Below are positions 8,160 through 19,404 of a stretch of DNA of 64,000 nt, in pieces. Source of the DNA: Paludibacteraceae bacterium (GTDB lineage Bacteria > Bacteroidota > Bacteroidia > Bacteroidales > Paludibacteraceae); assembly GCA_045617845.1 (NCBI GenBank), contig JAZLJL010000084.1:1922-65921 (forward strand), given 5' to 3'. The position numbers and the translations under genes were made by a program. A model generated the notes under the pieces. That model made no database searches, was not told the DNA's origin, and saw only the letters and a program-made list of their open reading frames with translations. The number at the start of each line of letters is the position of its first letter. The stretch's first letter is position 1.

Positions 8160-8475
8160 AAGCGTAAATTTTTAAATGATAAAACCATTCACCCTTACAT
8201 ATCCCCCCAAAACAAAAAACACTAGCAATAGAAAATAGCACGTAACTATATGAAAATAAAAATAATAAATTCCACCAACATATCCAAAAGAGCACTCCGC
8301 ACAAAAGAACGATAGTGCGCGAACGAAGACAATATTTATCCATAAAACGCAAATATTTTGCGGACATCTCATAACAACCTATCAAAAAACAATATACTTT
8401 AGCACTCGAAAAAGCTGCCGCCATGGCATTCTAACCATTGACCCGCAACTAATTAATTAACAAACAAATAGAGCA

Positions 8476-9099
8476 ATGGAAGAAGAGCTAAGGAAACAAC
8501 TGTACGCCCATTTCAGAGGGGCAGAAAAACTACGTGAATATTATGACCATCTCGACGCCAACATCAACAAAACCGTGAACCATTACAACCTACACTGCAA
8601 GCGAAACTGCGGAGCATGCTGCATGGGACATGCGGAAAACAAAGAAGCCACCCCCTTCGAGATGTTGCCACTAGCCATCGAACTAGAAGTGAAAGGAGAG
8701 GCGGACAAATACCTTGAACAATTAGAAAACGCAAACTGCGCCGAAATAACTTGCGTCGGGTTCGTCAACGACGACGAATCGAAAGGATGGGGACACTGCG
8801 GAGTCTACACGTTGCGGCCTTTCGTCTGCAGACTTTTCGGGGACAGCTTCTACCACACAAAAGGAGACAAAACCGAATACACGGGCTGTAAATGGCTGAA
8901 GGAACAATACGAGAAAAACCCTCACAAGGAAGAGTTACACGACGAACTTCCCGGAATGGCGGAGACAGCCTTGGAAGGGAGGAACATCGACGAAGAAGAG
9001 AAAGAATTCGGAGAAATCATGGACATCAACGACGCACTGAAGATAGCGCTCGAACAGGTAAGGATGAAACACAACCTGATGGAAGGGAAATTAGAATAA
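8476..9099 (+). CDS. YkgJ-family (UPF0153) cysteine-cluster protein
   Basis: CKRNCGACCMG cluster plus downstream Cys residues (CVGF, HCGVY..RPFVCRLF), typical of the CxxCxxCC zinc/iron-chelating family. Confidence 0.65.
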   Translation: MEEELRKQLYAHFRGAEKLREYYDHLDANINKTVNHYNLHCKRNCGACCMGHAENKEATPFEMLPLAIELEVKGEADKYLEQLENANCAEITCVGFVNDDESKGWGHCGVYTLRPFVCRLFGDSFYHTKGDKTEYTGCKWLKEQYEKNPHKEELHDELPGMAETALEGRNIDEEEKEFGEIMDINDALKIALEQVRMKHNLMEGKLE

Positions 9100-9229
9100 T
9101 TAACCCAAAGAGAGAGACAAAGATAAGAATCGGGGGACAATAACCACAAAAACACCATCCTTACCCATCAAAAATTCATTTATTCAAACATATTAACTAA
9201 CTGAAATTGAAAAATTCACATGAAAGAGT

Positions 9230-9237
9230 TAACTTTG
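9230..9237 (+). promoter_or_regulatory. Bacteroidota -7 promoter box (TAnnTTTG)
   Basis: taactttg, 31 nt upstream of the glnS ATG. Confidence 0.45.
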
Positions 9238-9267
9238 CGGATAAATTGTCTAAAAAATTAGAATCCA

Positions 9268-10959
9268 ATGGCTGAGAATATTCAGGAAAATGAAGAAAAA
9301 AAGAATTTAAACTTCATAGAGGAAATTGTAGAAGAAGATTTAAAAGAGGGACGTAACGGAGGAAGAATTCAAACCCGTTTCCCGCCGGAACCTAACGGAT
9401 ACTTACACATCGGACACGCGAAAGCGATTTGCATGGATTTCGGCATCGCGAAGAAATACAACGGAATATGTAACTTACGATTCGACGACACCAACCCTGT
9501 GAAGGAGGATGTCGAATACGTCGATTCCATCCAAGAAGACATCCAATGGCTCGGATTTCAATGGGCCAATGTCTATTACGCATCCGACTATTTTCAGCAG
9601 CTTTGGGACTTGGCAGTCCGTTTCATCAAAGAGGGGAAAGCATACGTAGACGAACAGACCGCGGAGGAGATCGCCAAACAAAAAGGCACACCTACCACTC
9701 CAGGAACCGAGAGTCCGTTCCGTAACCGTTCGGTAGAGGAAAACCTTCGTCTCTTCATGGAGATGTCCGAAGGGAAAATCGAGGACGGGAAAATGGTGCT
9801 CCGCGCCAAAATCGACATGGCGAACCCTAACATGCACTTCCGTGACCCAATCATGTACCGTATCATCACGACCCATCCACACCACCGCACAGGCAACAAG
9901 TGGAAGGTCTATCCGATGTACGACTTCGCCCACGGACAATCAGACTATTTCGAAGGCGTGACACACTCCCTCTGTACATTGGAGTTTGAGGTGCACCGCC
10001 CATTATACGACTATTTCATCGACCAATTCGCCGATAGCGACTACCGCCCTAAACAGCGTGAGTTCAACCGTCTGAACATCACCTACACCGTGATGAGCAA
10101 ACGCAAGATGCTCCAGCTTGTGCAAGACGGTTTGGTACGTGGTTGGGACGACCCGCGTATGCCGACCATCTGCGGTCTGCGCCGTCGCGGATACACCCCA
10201 TCCTCCATCCGTAACTTCATCAACCGCATCGGTTACACGAAGTACGACGGTGTCATCGACGTGTCACTTTTGGAGGCCACCATCCGTGAGGAGCTGAACA
10301 CGACCGCCATGAGGGCAAGCGCCGTAATCAACCCTATCAAGTTGGTCCTTACCAACTATCCGGAAGGAAAAGTGGAGATGTTGGAAGCCATCAACAACCC
10401 GGAGGACGAGAGCATGGGCAAACACGAAGTGCCATTCTCCCGCGAACTCTATATCGAAAGCGACGATTTCATGGAGGATGCTCCTAAGAAATATTTCCGT
10501 CTAACCCCAGGCAACGAGGTTCGTCTGAAAAACGCCTACATCGTGAAGTGCACAGGCTGCAAGAAAGACGAGAACGGTAAAGTTGTGGAAGTTTATGCGG
10601 AATATGATCCTGAGACAAAGAGCGGTATGCCAGGCAGCGACCGCAAGGTGAAGGGGACCATCCATTTCGTATCCGTACAACATGCGGTTCCCGCAGAGGT
10701 TCGTCTCTACGATAGACTCTTCAACGTGGAGAATCCAGGCGACGAGAAAGAGAAAGACTTCCGCGAGTTGCTCAATCCGAACTCATTGGTCATCGCCAAC
10801 GCTTTCGTGGAGCCATGGCTGAAGAACGCCAAGACCCTCCAGAACTTCCAGTTCCAAAGAATCGGTTACTTCAACGTGGATCCAGACTCCACACCGGAGA
10901 AACTCGTATTCAACCGTACCGTAGCGTTAAAGGACAGTTGGGCGAAAATCGCCAAATAA
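9268..10959 (+). CDS. glnS: Glutamine--tRNA ligase
   Basis: Class I signature [14 protein letters not shown] and VMSKRK (KMSKS). Size (563 aa) and overall sequence are typical of GlnRS. Confidence 0.93.
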   Translation: MAENIQENEEKKNLNFIEEIVEEDLKEGRNGGRIQTRFPPEPNGYLHIGHAKAICMDFGIAKKYNGICNLRFDDTNPVKEDVEYVDSIQEDIQWLGFQWANVYYASDYFQQLWDLAVRFIKEGKAYVDEQTAEEIAKQKGTPTTPGTESPFRNRSVEENLRLFMEMSEGKIEDGKMVLRAKIDMANPNMHFRDPIMYRIITTHPHHRTGNKWKVYPMYDFAHGQSDYFEGVTHSLCTLEFEVHRPLYDYFIDQFADSDYRPKQREFNRLNITYTVMSKRKMLQLVQDGLVRGWDDPRMPTICGLRRRGYTPSSIRNFINRIGYTKYDGVIDVSLLEATIREELNTTAMRASAVINPIKLVLTNYPEGKVEMLEAINNPEDESMGKHEVPFSRELYIESDDFMEDAPKKYFRLTPGNEVRLKNAYIVKCTGCKKDENGKVVEVYAEYDPETKSGMPGSDRKVKGTIHFVSVQHAVPAEVRLYDRLFNVENPGDEKEKDFRELLNPNSLVIANAFVEPWLKNAKTLQNFQFQRIGYFNVDPDSTPEKLVFNRTVALKDSWAKIAK

Positions 10960-11002
10960 ACATGAAATAAAAAAAATTATAATATCTAACAAAAACAAAA
11001 AA

Positions 11003-14000
11003 ATGAAGCGATTCAAGTTATTAAACAACATTACCGGTTGGGTGGTTTTCGCCATCGCAGCGGTAACGTACTTGATGACGATTGAACCGACAGCCAGCTT
11101 CTGGGACTGCGGTGAGTTTATTTCAACAGCAGATAAATTGGAGGTTGGGCATCCACCGGGAGCACCATTCTTCATGTTGACGGCGAGAATCTTCACCTTA
11201 TTCGCTTCAGACCAAGCACACGTGGCCATGATGGTAAATTCCTTCTCGGCACTGTGTAGCGCATTTTGTATTTTGTTCCTCTTCTGGACCATCACCCATC
11301 TGACACGCAAATTGGTCGTTGGTTCGCTTGACGAGGAAGAGATTTCGACTTCACAAATCATCACGATCTTAGGAGCCGGAGCGGTTGGAGCACTCGCTTA
11401 TACCTTCTCAGACACGTTCTGGTTCTCGGCAGTCGAAGGTGAGGTATACGCCTATTCCTCCCTCTTCACAGCAGCCGTTTTCTGGGCTATACTAAAGTGG
11501 GAAGAGGTTGCGAACAAGCCATTCGCCAACCGATGGTTGGTGTTGATCGCCTACCTCATGGGTCTGTCAATCAGTGTCCACTTGTTGAACCTTTTGACCA
11601 TCCCGGCAATAGTATTCGTATACTACTTCAAAAAATATGACGCTACCATCCAAGGCTCATTCTGCGCCCTCGGTGTATCCGTCGTCATTCTAGTCGCGGT
11701 ACTCTATGGTATTATCCCTGGATTCGTCGAAGTTGCCGGATGGTTCGAATTGTTCTTCGTGAACACACTCGGCTGTGGGTTTAACACGGGAACAATCATC
11801 TACGCCATCCTACTGATTGGCTGTATGATTTGGGGCATTTGGGAGACCATGAAAGCCCAAGAATCAAAACAAGAGGAAGGAATGTCTTTACGCACAATTT
11901 TACCATTCGTGCTTTCCATTCTATTGTTAGGCATCCCATTCTTAGGCGGAAGGATCAACACATTTGTAGGATTGCTCATTACAGCAGGAATCACCGTGTT
12001 CTTGATGATGGGTCAAAAGTTCTACAACAAATCTTTGCTCAACACCATTCTGACGTGCTGCATGGTCATCCTGCTCGGATACTCTTCCTATGCGGCAATC
12101 ATCATCCGTTCGGCGGCCAACACCCCAATGGACCAGAATTCCCCTGACGACGTATTCGCATTGAAGAGCTACTTGAACCGCGAACAATATGGAGACACTC
12201 CATTGCTTTACGGAGAAAGCTACGCTTCCGAATACAAATACAAGAACGACGGAACGCCTGACTACAGCGAAGGGGAGGCCCTCTACGCCAAAAAGGTGAA
12301 AACCAATCCGAACGATGCGGATGAATACGAGCAATACGACGTTAAGAAGAACTACAAGCACCAACTATGCATGCTCTTCCCTCGTATGTACAGTACGCAA
12401 GCACACCACATAGCGGGATACAAGCAATGGGGTAACATCAAAGGAAAGAAAGCGACGTATTTCAATAAAGAAGGACAAAGGAAAACTAAAATCGTTCCTA
12501 CCTTCGGAGAGAACCTATGCTTCTTCTTCAACTACCAGATCAAATTCATGTATTTCCGTTACTTCATGTGGAACTTCGTAGGTCGCCAAAACGACATACA
12601 AGCGGATGGAGGAAACATTAATGGAAACTGGATCAGCGGTATCGGCTTCATCGACGACTTATTGGTCGGCAACCAAGACGGCCTACCGGACGAAATGGCT
12701 AACAACAAAGGGCGAAACACCTACTACTTCCTGCCACTTATCCTAGGTATCTTAGGCATTTGCTATCAATGCAGCCAAAAGGCCAAAAAGAATCCAAACG
12801 AGGGCATACAAAGTTTTGTTGTCACCTTCACGCTATTCTTCATGACAGGCTTGGCAATCGTACTTTATCTAAACCAGACACCACTACAACCTAGGGAACG
12901 TGACTACGCCTATGCAGGTTCGTTCTATGCATTCTGTATCTGGATTGGAATGGCAGTACCGGCCATCGTAGAATTATACAAGGATTTACTTTCTCCGAAA
13001 TTGGGCGCTCCAATATCAACAGCCATCTGCTTACTTGCGGGTCCTGCGCTCATGGCCTCCCAAAACTGGGATGACCACGACCGCTCCGGCAGGTTCACAT
13101 GCCGTGACTTCGGACAGAACTATCTATTGACGATGGATCCAAACGGAGTCATCTTCACCAACGGAGACAACGACACATTCCCATTATGGTACAACCAAGA
13201 AGTGGAAGGCGTCGGCACAGACCAACGTGTAGCCAACCTAAGCTATCTGCAGATGGGATGGTACGTAGACCAAATGAAACGAGACGCTTACCTATCCAAA
13301 GCGCTTCCTCTTTCATTGAAGCCACAGCACTACATGAATGGACGAATGGACTACGCTTACATCGTGGATTTGTTCGACAAGCCAATCAATTTGACGACCG
13401 CCAACCAGATACTGGTGGAAAACGACGAAAAGCTTAAACGCAGGATTTTTAGAAGCAATGACAAAGTATGGTTCTTCCCTGCTAAAAACATCTACATGGA
13501 CGTCAACCCGGATGAAGCGATCAAATCAGGAACGGTAGATCCTAAAGACAAGGACCAAATCGTTTCCAAGATGGAGATCGGATTCGGAGGCAAGAACTAC
13601 TTGGGCAAACATGAGATATTCATCCTCGACCTTCTTGCCAACAACCATTGGGAACGTCCTATGTATTTCGCCACAACGGTAGGCAAGGAAAGCTTCACCG
13701 GCATGAACGACTACCTCCAACTTGAAGGTATGGCATACCGTGTCGTTCCAATCAAAAAAGATCCGTTCCTCGCTAACGAGCGCGTCAATACGGACAAGAT
13801 GTACGACAATATGCTCCACAAATTCAAATGGGGAGGAATCGCCGAGAATCCTAATATCTATTTGGAAGAGAACAACTTGCGAATGACCCAAACACACAGG
13901 TACATGTTCCTTCGTTTGGTCGACGCCCTCATCATGGAGGCAAAACAAGCAAGGATGAAACGTGACTACTGCGAATTGCTCCATTGGGCATTGGCGGACG

Positions 14001-14605
14001 ACAACCAAAGGGATAACCGATACATGTCGACTTATAGGAACTACACGGCGAACTATTACGATAACGAGCGCCTTGCCAGACAGACTTCTTATACGGATTC
14101 TACCTTGCTCGCGCATGCCCGCACCGCCGCGATCGGAATTCTTGGCAACCAATACGAATCGTTGACCAGAAGCGAGTTGAGCGTAGCCATCAGAAACTAT
14201 GCCCAAAAGATAGACACCGCCGCCCTCAACCGTTACGCCGATGAACGTGAACAACGCGCCATCGAAGTATTGGACTTCGCTCAAAAGGTATTGCCTTATC
14301 CTCAGGTGCCATACAATACGGCATCCCTCATGATGGCGAAACAGTATTTTGAACTTCACCAATACGAGAAGGCGAAGCCTATTTTCTCCGCAATGAAGAA
14401 ATCGGCTATCCAACACTTGGAATGGATCCAAAATATACAACCAAGATTCAAGAAGAACAATGCGACTGTTGACGTATTCAATGAACAATTCTCCATTCTT
14501 CACGAAATCGCCCTCATAGAAGAGATGGCGAAGGACGAAGCGGCGACAGAGGACAATGATGAGGTCAACAGATTCTATGAGTTATACAAAAAACTGAATC
14601 AATAA
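11003..14605 (+). CDS. DUF2723-family large polytopic membrane protein (glycosyltransferase-C-like)
   Basis: N-terminal ASFWDCGEFISTADKLEVGHPPGAPFFML motif, many TM helices, and a long soluble C-terminal region; 1200 aa. Confidence 0.75.
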   Translation: MKRFKLLNNITGWVVFAIAAVTYLMTIEPTASFWDCGEFISTADKLEVGHPPGAPFFMLTARIFTLFASDQAHVAMMVNSFSALCSAFCILFLFWTITHLTRKLVVGSLDEEEISTSQIITILGAGAVGALAYTFSDTFWFSAVEGEVYAYSSLFTAAVFWAILKWEEVANKPFANRWLVLIAYLMGLSISVHLLNLLTIPAIVFVYYFKKYDATIQGSFCALGVSVVILVAVLYGIIPGFVEVAGWFELFFVNTLGCGFNTGTIIYAILLIGCMIWGIWETMKAQESKQEEGMSLRTILPFVLSILLLGIPFLGGRINTFVGLLITAGITVFLMMGQKFYNKSLLNTILTCCMVILLGYSSYAAIIIRSAANTPMDQNSPDDVFALKSYLNREQYGDTPLLYGESYASEYKYKNDGTPDYSEGEALYAKKVKTNPNDADEYEQYDVKKNYKHQLCMLFPRMYSTQAHHIAGYKQWGNIKGKKATYFNKEGQRKTKIVPTFGENLCFFFNYQIKFMYFRYFMWNFVGRQNDIQADGGNINGNWISGIGFIDDLLVGNQDGLPDEMANNKGRNTYYFLPLILGILGICYQCSQKAKKNPNEGIQSFVVTFTLFFMTGLAIVLYLNQTPLQPRERDYAYAGSFYAFCIWIGMAVPAIVELYKDLLSPKLGAPISTAICLLAGPALMASQNWDDHDRSGRFTCRDFGQNYLLTMDPNGVIFTNGDNDTFPLWYNQEVEGVGTDQRVANLSYLQMGWYVDQMKRDAYLSKALPLSLKPQHYMNGRMDYAYIVDLFDKPINLTTANQILVENDEKLKRRIFRSNDKVWFFPAKNIYMDVNPDEAIKSGTVDPKDKDQIVSKMEIGFGGKNYLGKHEIFILDLLANNHWERPMYFATTVGKESFTGMNDYLQLEGMAYRVVPIKKDPFLANERVNTDKMYDNMLHKFKWGGIAENPNIYLEENNLRMTQTHRYMFLRLVDALIMEAKQARMKRDYCELLHWALADDNQRDNRYMSTYRNYTANYYDNERLARQTSYTDSTLLAHARTAAIGILGNQYESLTRSELSVAIRNYAQKIDTAALNRYADEREQRAIEVLDFAQKVLPYPQVPYNTASLMMAKQYFELHQYEKAKPIFSAMKKSAIQHLEWIQNIQPRFKKNNATVDVFNEQFSILHEIALIEEMAKDEAATEDNDEVNRFYELYKKLNQ

Positions 14606-14606
14606 A

Positions 14607-15245
14607 ATGTTCATAGAACAATTGCCGACTGTGTACAGGAAGATATTTCCTGACACAGTTTGGCGACTGCCGCAAAAAGAAAAAACGGTTTTCCTTTCAT
14701 TCGATGACGGTCCGATTCCGGAAGTGACCCCTTTCGTACTAGATCTGCTCAGAGAAAAAGAAATAAAAGCCACATTCTTCTGCGTGGGAGACAACGTTCG
14801 GAAACATCCTGACGTGTTTAAAAAAATATTAGATGAAGGTCATATTGTGGGCAACCACACTTTCAACCATTTGCAAGGCCTTTACACCTCATCGGAAGTG
14901 TATCTCGAGAATGTCGAGAAGGCCAACCAACTGATAGGAAGCCCATTATTTCGGCCACCCCATGGAATACTGCGGTATATCCAATTCATGACCCTCCGGC
15001 ACCGGTACAATATCGTCTTTTGGGATGTAGTCACTCGCGACTACAATAAAAAATTGACCGGAGAAGAAGTGTTGGAAATCGTTAAGAAATACACGCGCAA
15101 CGGTTCCATCATCGTATTCCATGACTCTCTAAAAGCGGAAAACAACATCCGCTACGCATTACCCAAAGCCATCGACTATTTGATAGGGGAAGGCTATAAG
15201 TTTGAAGTATTAACACAAGAAAACATAAAAGGAAAAGGAATATGA
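14607..15245 (+). CDS. Polysaccharide deacetylase (NodB homology domain) family protein
   Basis: LSFDDGP, ATFFCVG, HTFNH and RPPHG motifs. Starts 1 nt after the upstream stop. Confidence 0.85.
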   Translation: MFIEQLPTVYRKIFPDTVWRLPQKEKTVFLSFDDGPIPEVTPFVLDLLREKEIKATFFCVGDNVRKHPDVFKKILDEGHIVGNHTFNHLQGLYTSSEVYLENVEKANQLIGSPLFRPPHGILRYIQFMTLRHRYNIVFWDVVTRDYNKKLTGEEVLEIVKKYTRNGSIIVFHDSLKAENNIRYALPKAIDYLIGEGYKFEVLTQENIKGKGI

Positions 15246-16513
15246 ATATCCTATTGTTAGGTTCAGGAGGAAGGGAACACGCCATCGCATGGAAGATTTC
15301 CCAAAGCAAAAAAGTGGAAAAGTTGTTCATCGCCCCAGGAAACGGAGGCACGCTTTCCGTCGGTGAGAACGTCAACATCTCCGCTAACGATTTCCCGTCA
15401 ATCAAACAATTTGTTCTGAGCCACAACGTAAACATGGTAGTGGTCGGTCCGGAAGACCCGTTGGTGAACGGTGTCTACGATTTCTTCGCCAATGATTCCG
15501 AACTCAAATCCATCCCTGTCATCGGTCCTTCCAAAGAAGGCGCGCAGTTGGAGGGTAGCAAAGACTTCGCCAAGGCATTCATGATGCGCCATAACATCCC
15601 TACCGCCAAATACAAGAGCTTCACTTCGAAAACAATCGAAGAGGGATGCCAATTCCTTAGCCAATTGGAACCTCCATACGTCTTGAAGGCTGACGGTTTG
15701 GCAGCGGGGAAAGGTGTATTGATCCTTCCTACCTTAGAAGAGGCGAAAAGTGAGTTGCGCAATATGTTGGACGGCAAATTCGGCGCCGCAAGCTCTACAG
15801 TTGTCATTGAAGAGTTCCTTTCGGGAATCGAGTGCTCCGTCTTCGTATTGACAGACGGGAACAACTACAAAATTCTCCCGGTTGCGAAAGACTACAAACG
15901 TATCGGGGAAGGCGACACCGGATTGAACACTGGTGGAATGGGCGCCGTATCACCGGTTCCATTCGCCGACAAAGTTTTCATGGAGAAAGTCGAGAAACGC
16001 ATCGTCATCCCTACCATCGAAGGTTTGAAGAAAGAAAATATCACTTATAAAGGATTCATTTTCTTAGGATTAATTAACGTCAAGAACGAGCCGATGGTCA
16101 TCGAATACAACGTAAGAATGGGTGACCCGGAGACCGAAGCCGTAATGCTTCGAATCAAATCGGATCTAGTTGACCTCTTCGAAGGTGTGGCAGAAGGCAA
16201 TCTATCCGGCAAGACATTGATGGAGGATGAACGCGCCGCTGTCACCGTGATGCTCGTCTCAGGCGGTTACCCGGAGGCATACGAGAAGGGGAAAGTCATT
16301 ACAGGATTAGAGGATGTGAAAGACAGCATCGTGTTCCACGCCGGCACTAAGATGCAGGACGGGAAGCTCTTGACCAATGGCGGACGCGTAATCTCCGTCA
16401 GCTCGTACGGGAAAGACAAAGAGGAGGCACTGGCCGTCTCCTTCAAGAACGCCCAGAAGATCAACTTCGACAAAAAATATTTCCGTTCGGACATAGGAAA
16501 AGACTTAAGATGA
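15242..16513 (+). CDS. purD: Phosphoribosylamine--glycine ligase
   Basis: [19 protein letters not shown]-terminus and ATP-grasp core ([13 protein letters not shown]). ATGA overlap with the upstream gene. Confidence 0.93.
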   Translation: MNILLLGSGGREHAIAWKISQSKKVEKLFIAPGNGGTLSVGENVNISANDFPSIKQFVLSHNVNMVVVGPEDPLVNGVYDFFANDSELKSIPVIGPSKEGAQLEGSKDFAKAFMMRHNIPTAKYKSFTSKTIEEGCQFLSQLEPPYVLKADGLAAGKGVLILPTLEEAKSELRNMLDGKFGAASSTVVIEEFLSGIECSVFVLTDGNNYKILPVAKDYKRIGEGDTGLNTGGMGAVSPVPFADKVFMEKVEKRIVIPTIEGLKKENITYKGFIFLGLINVKNEPMVIEYNVRMGDPETEAVMLRIKSDLVDLFEGVAEGNLSGKTLMEDERAAVTVMLVSGGYPEAYEKGKVITGLEDVKDSIVFHAGTKMQDGKLLTNGGRVISVSSYGKDKEEALAVSFKNAQKINFDKKYFRSDIGKDLR

Positions 16514-16572
16514 ATCCAGTGATTCATCGGAATCATCAATAACATAGAGGGGCGTACTTCCATCTTGGAATC

Positions 16573-17607
16573 ATGTCCCCCAAAAACAGGAATCGCATGC
16601 AGTATTTACAATACAAAGACAACATATTACCAAGCGTATCAACCATCTTGGTTTCCCTTGTCGTAGTTTTTGTATTATGGTACGAAGTCTTTTCCCCATC
16701 GATTTTGGTAAGTGAGGAATCTGTCATTTTGGGAGATTCCCCACTTGCTTTTTTATGGAACAGCTACCTGCCTTTCAATGGTTGGGCTTGCCGCATTCTA
16801 GCGTTGGCGTGCGTCATCATCACGGCCTATTCCATGATATGGTTGAACGAGACCTTCTCGTTCATCAATGTGAGGACAATACTACCGGCGTTCTTCTTCG
16901 CCATCATCGTCTCATTGCTGATGCGCCCGCATTGTTTTTCCACCTCATGGATCATCGCCATTTGCATTGTGTTCTTTGTGAACACTACTTTCAGACTGGT
17001 TGAAGGCAGTTCGGACAAATTCATCATCAGGGCGTTCGACGCAGGACTTATCCTATCCCTCTCAACGCTCTTCGCGGTCCAATCCATTATCCTTACACTA
17101 CCATTCTTCATCCTGCTCTATCGATGCAATTCATTGAACGTAAAAATGATTTTCGCCTATTTGACAGGCATCATCCTTCCCTATTTCTATTGCATCCTAG
17201 CCGCCATTTACCAAAACGACATCAACGCATGGACAGCCTACTGGAGCACATGGATCAACTTCCAAGGTTCCTTCTCCTCAGCTAACGGTTTGGAAGGAGT
17301 TATCTATACAGGACTCATCGGGATTCTATTCCTTGTTTCGCTTTTACACTTCATGCATACACGTTCACACCAAAACGTGAGGAGCCGTGAGGAGGTCGTT
17401 TTCCTCATCGCCTGCTTCTTCACAACTCTGGTGATAATAATGATGGACATGAACCATGCCCAACTATTCATACCGACGTGCCTTTTCTTCTGTTGTTTCG
17501 TCATAGGACAATACTTCACCCTGCAATGGTCTTGGTTGTCCAAGATACTTTTATACATCTTTTTGGCGGCATCATTCATATTTTTCATCCAACCCAACCT
17601 AATATAA
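16573..17607 (+). CDS. Polytopic inner-membrane protein, function unknown
   Basis: 344 aa, hydrophobic throughout with about 9-10 TM segments. No catalytic motif recognised. Confidence 0.55.
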   Translation: MSPKNRNRMQYLQYKDNILPSVSTILVSLVVVFVLWYEVFSPSILVSEESVILGDSPLAFLWNSYLPFNGWACRILALACVIITAYSMIWLNETFSFINVRTILPAFFFAIIVSLLMRPHCFSTSWIIAICIVFFVNTTFRLVEGSSDKFIIRAFDAGLILSLSTLFAVQSIILTLPFFILLYRCNSLNVKMIFAYLTGIILPYFYCILAAIYQNDINAWTAYWSTWINFQGSFSSANGLEGVIYTGLIGILFLVSLLHFMHTRSHQNVRSREEVVFLIACFFTTLVIIMMDMNHAQLFIPTCLFFCCFVIGQYFTLQWSWLSKILLYIFLAASFIFFIQPNLI

Positions 17608-17611
17608 GTCA

Positions 17612-18058
17612 ATGGTCGAATTTCTCGCAAATTATGGTTATTGGGGATTATTCATCGGGGCATTGTTAGCAGGCTCGATTCTTCCGTTCAGTTCTGAAGT
17701 CTTACTCTCCGGACTGTTGATCGCAGGTGCTAACCCCATAATTTGTCTAGTATCCGCCACAGCAGGCAATACCATAGGCGGAATGACTTGTTATTGGTTG
17801 GGGAAACAAGGGAAAATGGACCTGTTGGAGAGGAAGTTCGGCATCAAGGAGGAGAAAGTGGTCCACTGGAGTGAAAAACTGAAGAATAAAGGCGCCTTCT
17901 TGGGTGTACTAGGTTTTCTTCCCATCGTCGGGGAAGTCATCGAAGTGGCTTTAGGATACCTTAGGAGCAACGCATGGCTCGTTTGTCTATTCATCGCATT
18001 GGGTAAAGGCCTACGATACTTCGTTTGGATGATGTTACACATTTACATCGCAGGTTAA
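17612..18058 (+). CDS. YqaA/DedA-family (VTT domain) membrane protein
   Basis: YGYWGLFIGALLAGSILPFSSEVLL motif; 148 aa with about 4 TM segments. Confidence 0.7.
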   Translation: MVEFLANYGYWGLFIGALLAGSILPFSSEVLLSGLLIAGANPIICLVSATAGNTIGGMTCYWLGKQGKMDLLERKFGIKEEKVVHWSEKLKNKGAFLGVLGFLPIVGEVIEVALGYLRSNAWLVCLFIALGKGLRYFVWMMLHIYIAG

Positions 18059-18078
18059 TTTTTCTCCCATATTTTTTT

Positions 18079-18086
18079 TATTTTTG
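18079..18086 (+). promoter_or_regulatory. Bacteroidota -7 promoter box (TAnnTTTG)
   Basis: tatttttg, 19 nt upstream of the ATG at 18105. Confidence 0.4.
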
Positions 18087-18104
18087 CAGTCTAAACAAGT
18101 TTAT

Positions 18105-19400
18105 ATGAAACATAAGTTTTTTAAATCATTTTTATTTGCCTTGGCACTTGTATCGCCCCTATTCGTGGCTTGCGATGACGATGAAAACGATACTAACGAA
18201 TCAAAAAACCTAAGCGACCCGCGTATTAGGACGATGGTTATCGATGCCACCTCCAAAATTGTTGTCAATGACGTCGAAGCGATTATCTTCAACTATGACT
18301 CTTTGGACAAAGGCACCAACTTAACCTCCTGCCACCCATATTTTTACGGATATATTTCTCAACCAACCATCCAATACAAAAAAGATGGAAATTGGATTGA
18401 GTTTAAGAACGGGTCAGCGCTCGACCTGTCAAATAAAGTGGAGATACTCTGCACCTCACAAGACAATAGCGCTCAAAAAACTTACACAATCGATTTACGC
18501 GTCCACAATTACGACGTTTCCGCATTCACGTGGGAAGAATATGCTACCATAGGAATCACTTCCCGCATCGCATCACAGAAATCATTCACATACAACGAAA
18601 AGAAACTGTGGTTCTGCACAGACGAAAACGGAACAAGCTCCCTCTTTTTTTCCACTGACCTAAAAGACTGGACAAAAAAGGACCTCAACATCGCAGATGC
18701 CAATTGGACGTCGTCAGCCATCCTGGGAGACTCAATCTTCGTCCAAAAAGATGATAGCACCCTATATGCCGCCAATCTCGGCGACTTGACATTCTCCGAA
18801 TTCCCGACCTCCGCCCAAATTGGGAAAATACTTTTTACGATAGGCGACAACTTATGGGCAATCGGCGACAATGGCAACGGGCGTTCACTTTTATCCAAAA
18901 AAGAAGGTGAATTCCAAGCGCAATCGACTCTTCCTACGGAATTCCCTACGGAAAATATCACGACCTTCACATCCCCTTCCGGATACACGTCACTTGGCTA
19001 CCTATTCGCTACACAAAACGGATACGGAACAATCTGGTCAATCGACAGCAAAGGGAATGCGCGTGTCCTTCAACAACCGGACGGTACCATACCATTTTTG
19101 AAAAACCCTAACGTGTTCCAATACTCCGAAATGCTTGGAATCGTCGGTGGAGAAAATGAAGATGGAACATATTCCTCTCTTTGCTTCTCTTCCAATAACG
19201 GAGGGGCTAAATGGGTTCACGATTGGCACAAAGATTTAAAAGGCGAGACTGAAGGATTGGCCAATTCCGGCACATTCCTCCTTTCGACCCAAGGGGAAAT
19301 AATATTTGTCAGCGGAAACACCGCATCAAACGTCTCCAATAAAATATATGTAGGCGTTTTGAACAAATTGACAGCAGACGACTTGAACTATCAAAACTAA
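18105..19400 (+). CDS. Hypothetical lipoprotein (beta-rich, propeller-like)
   Basis: Lipobox LVSPLFVAC from the ATG at 18105 (the listed ORF starts 21 nt earlier). Repeated W/G-containing beta-strand segments. No catalytic motif recognised. Confidence 0.6.
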   Translation: MKHKFFKSFLFALALVSPLFVACDDDENDTNESKNLSDPRIRTMVIDATSKIVVNDVEAIIFNYDSLDKGTNLTSCHPYFYGYISQPTIQYKKDGNWIEFKNGSALDLSNKVEILCTSQDNSAQKTYTIDLRVHNYDVSAFTWEEYATIGITSRIASQKSFTYNEKKLWFCTDENGTSSLFFSTDLKDWTKKDLNIADANWTSSAILGDSIFVQKDDSTLYAANLGDLTFSEFPTSAQIGKILFTIGDNLWAIGDNGNGRSLLSKKEGEFQAQSTLPTEFPTENITTFTSPSGYTSLGYLFATQNGYGTIWSIDSKGNARVLQQPDGTIPFLKNPNVFQYSEMLGIVGGENEDGTYSSLCFSSNNGGAKWVHDWHKDLKGETEGLANSGTFLLSTQGEIIFVSGNTASNVSNKIYVGVLNKLTADDLNYQN

Positions 19401-19404
19401 TACA

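Noticed and set aside
8160-8475. Possible invertible promoter between the LRR gene and ykgJ
   Set aside because: I saw only a short 6-bp palindrome (cgcaaa-tat-tttgcg) and no long flanking inverted repeats. There is no nearby recombinase.
13526-14503. 325-aa minus-strand ORF inside the DUF2723 gene
   Set aside because: It is an antisense shadow ORF within a strongly supported 1200-aa gene, with low-complexity, Val/Arg-rich composition. The same reasoning applies to 3802..4338, 9475..9939, 27414..27917 and 29588..30088.
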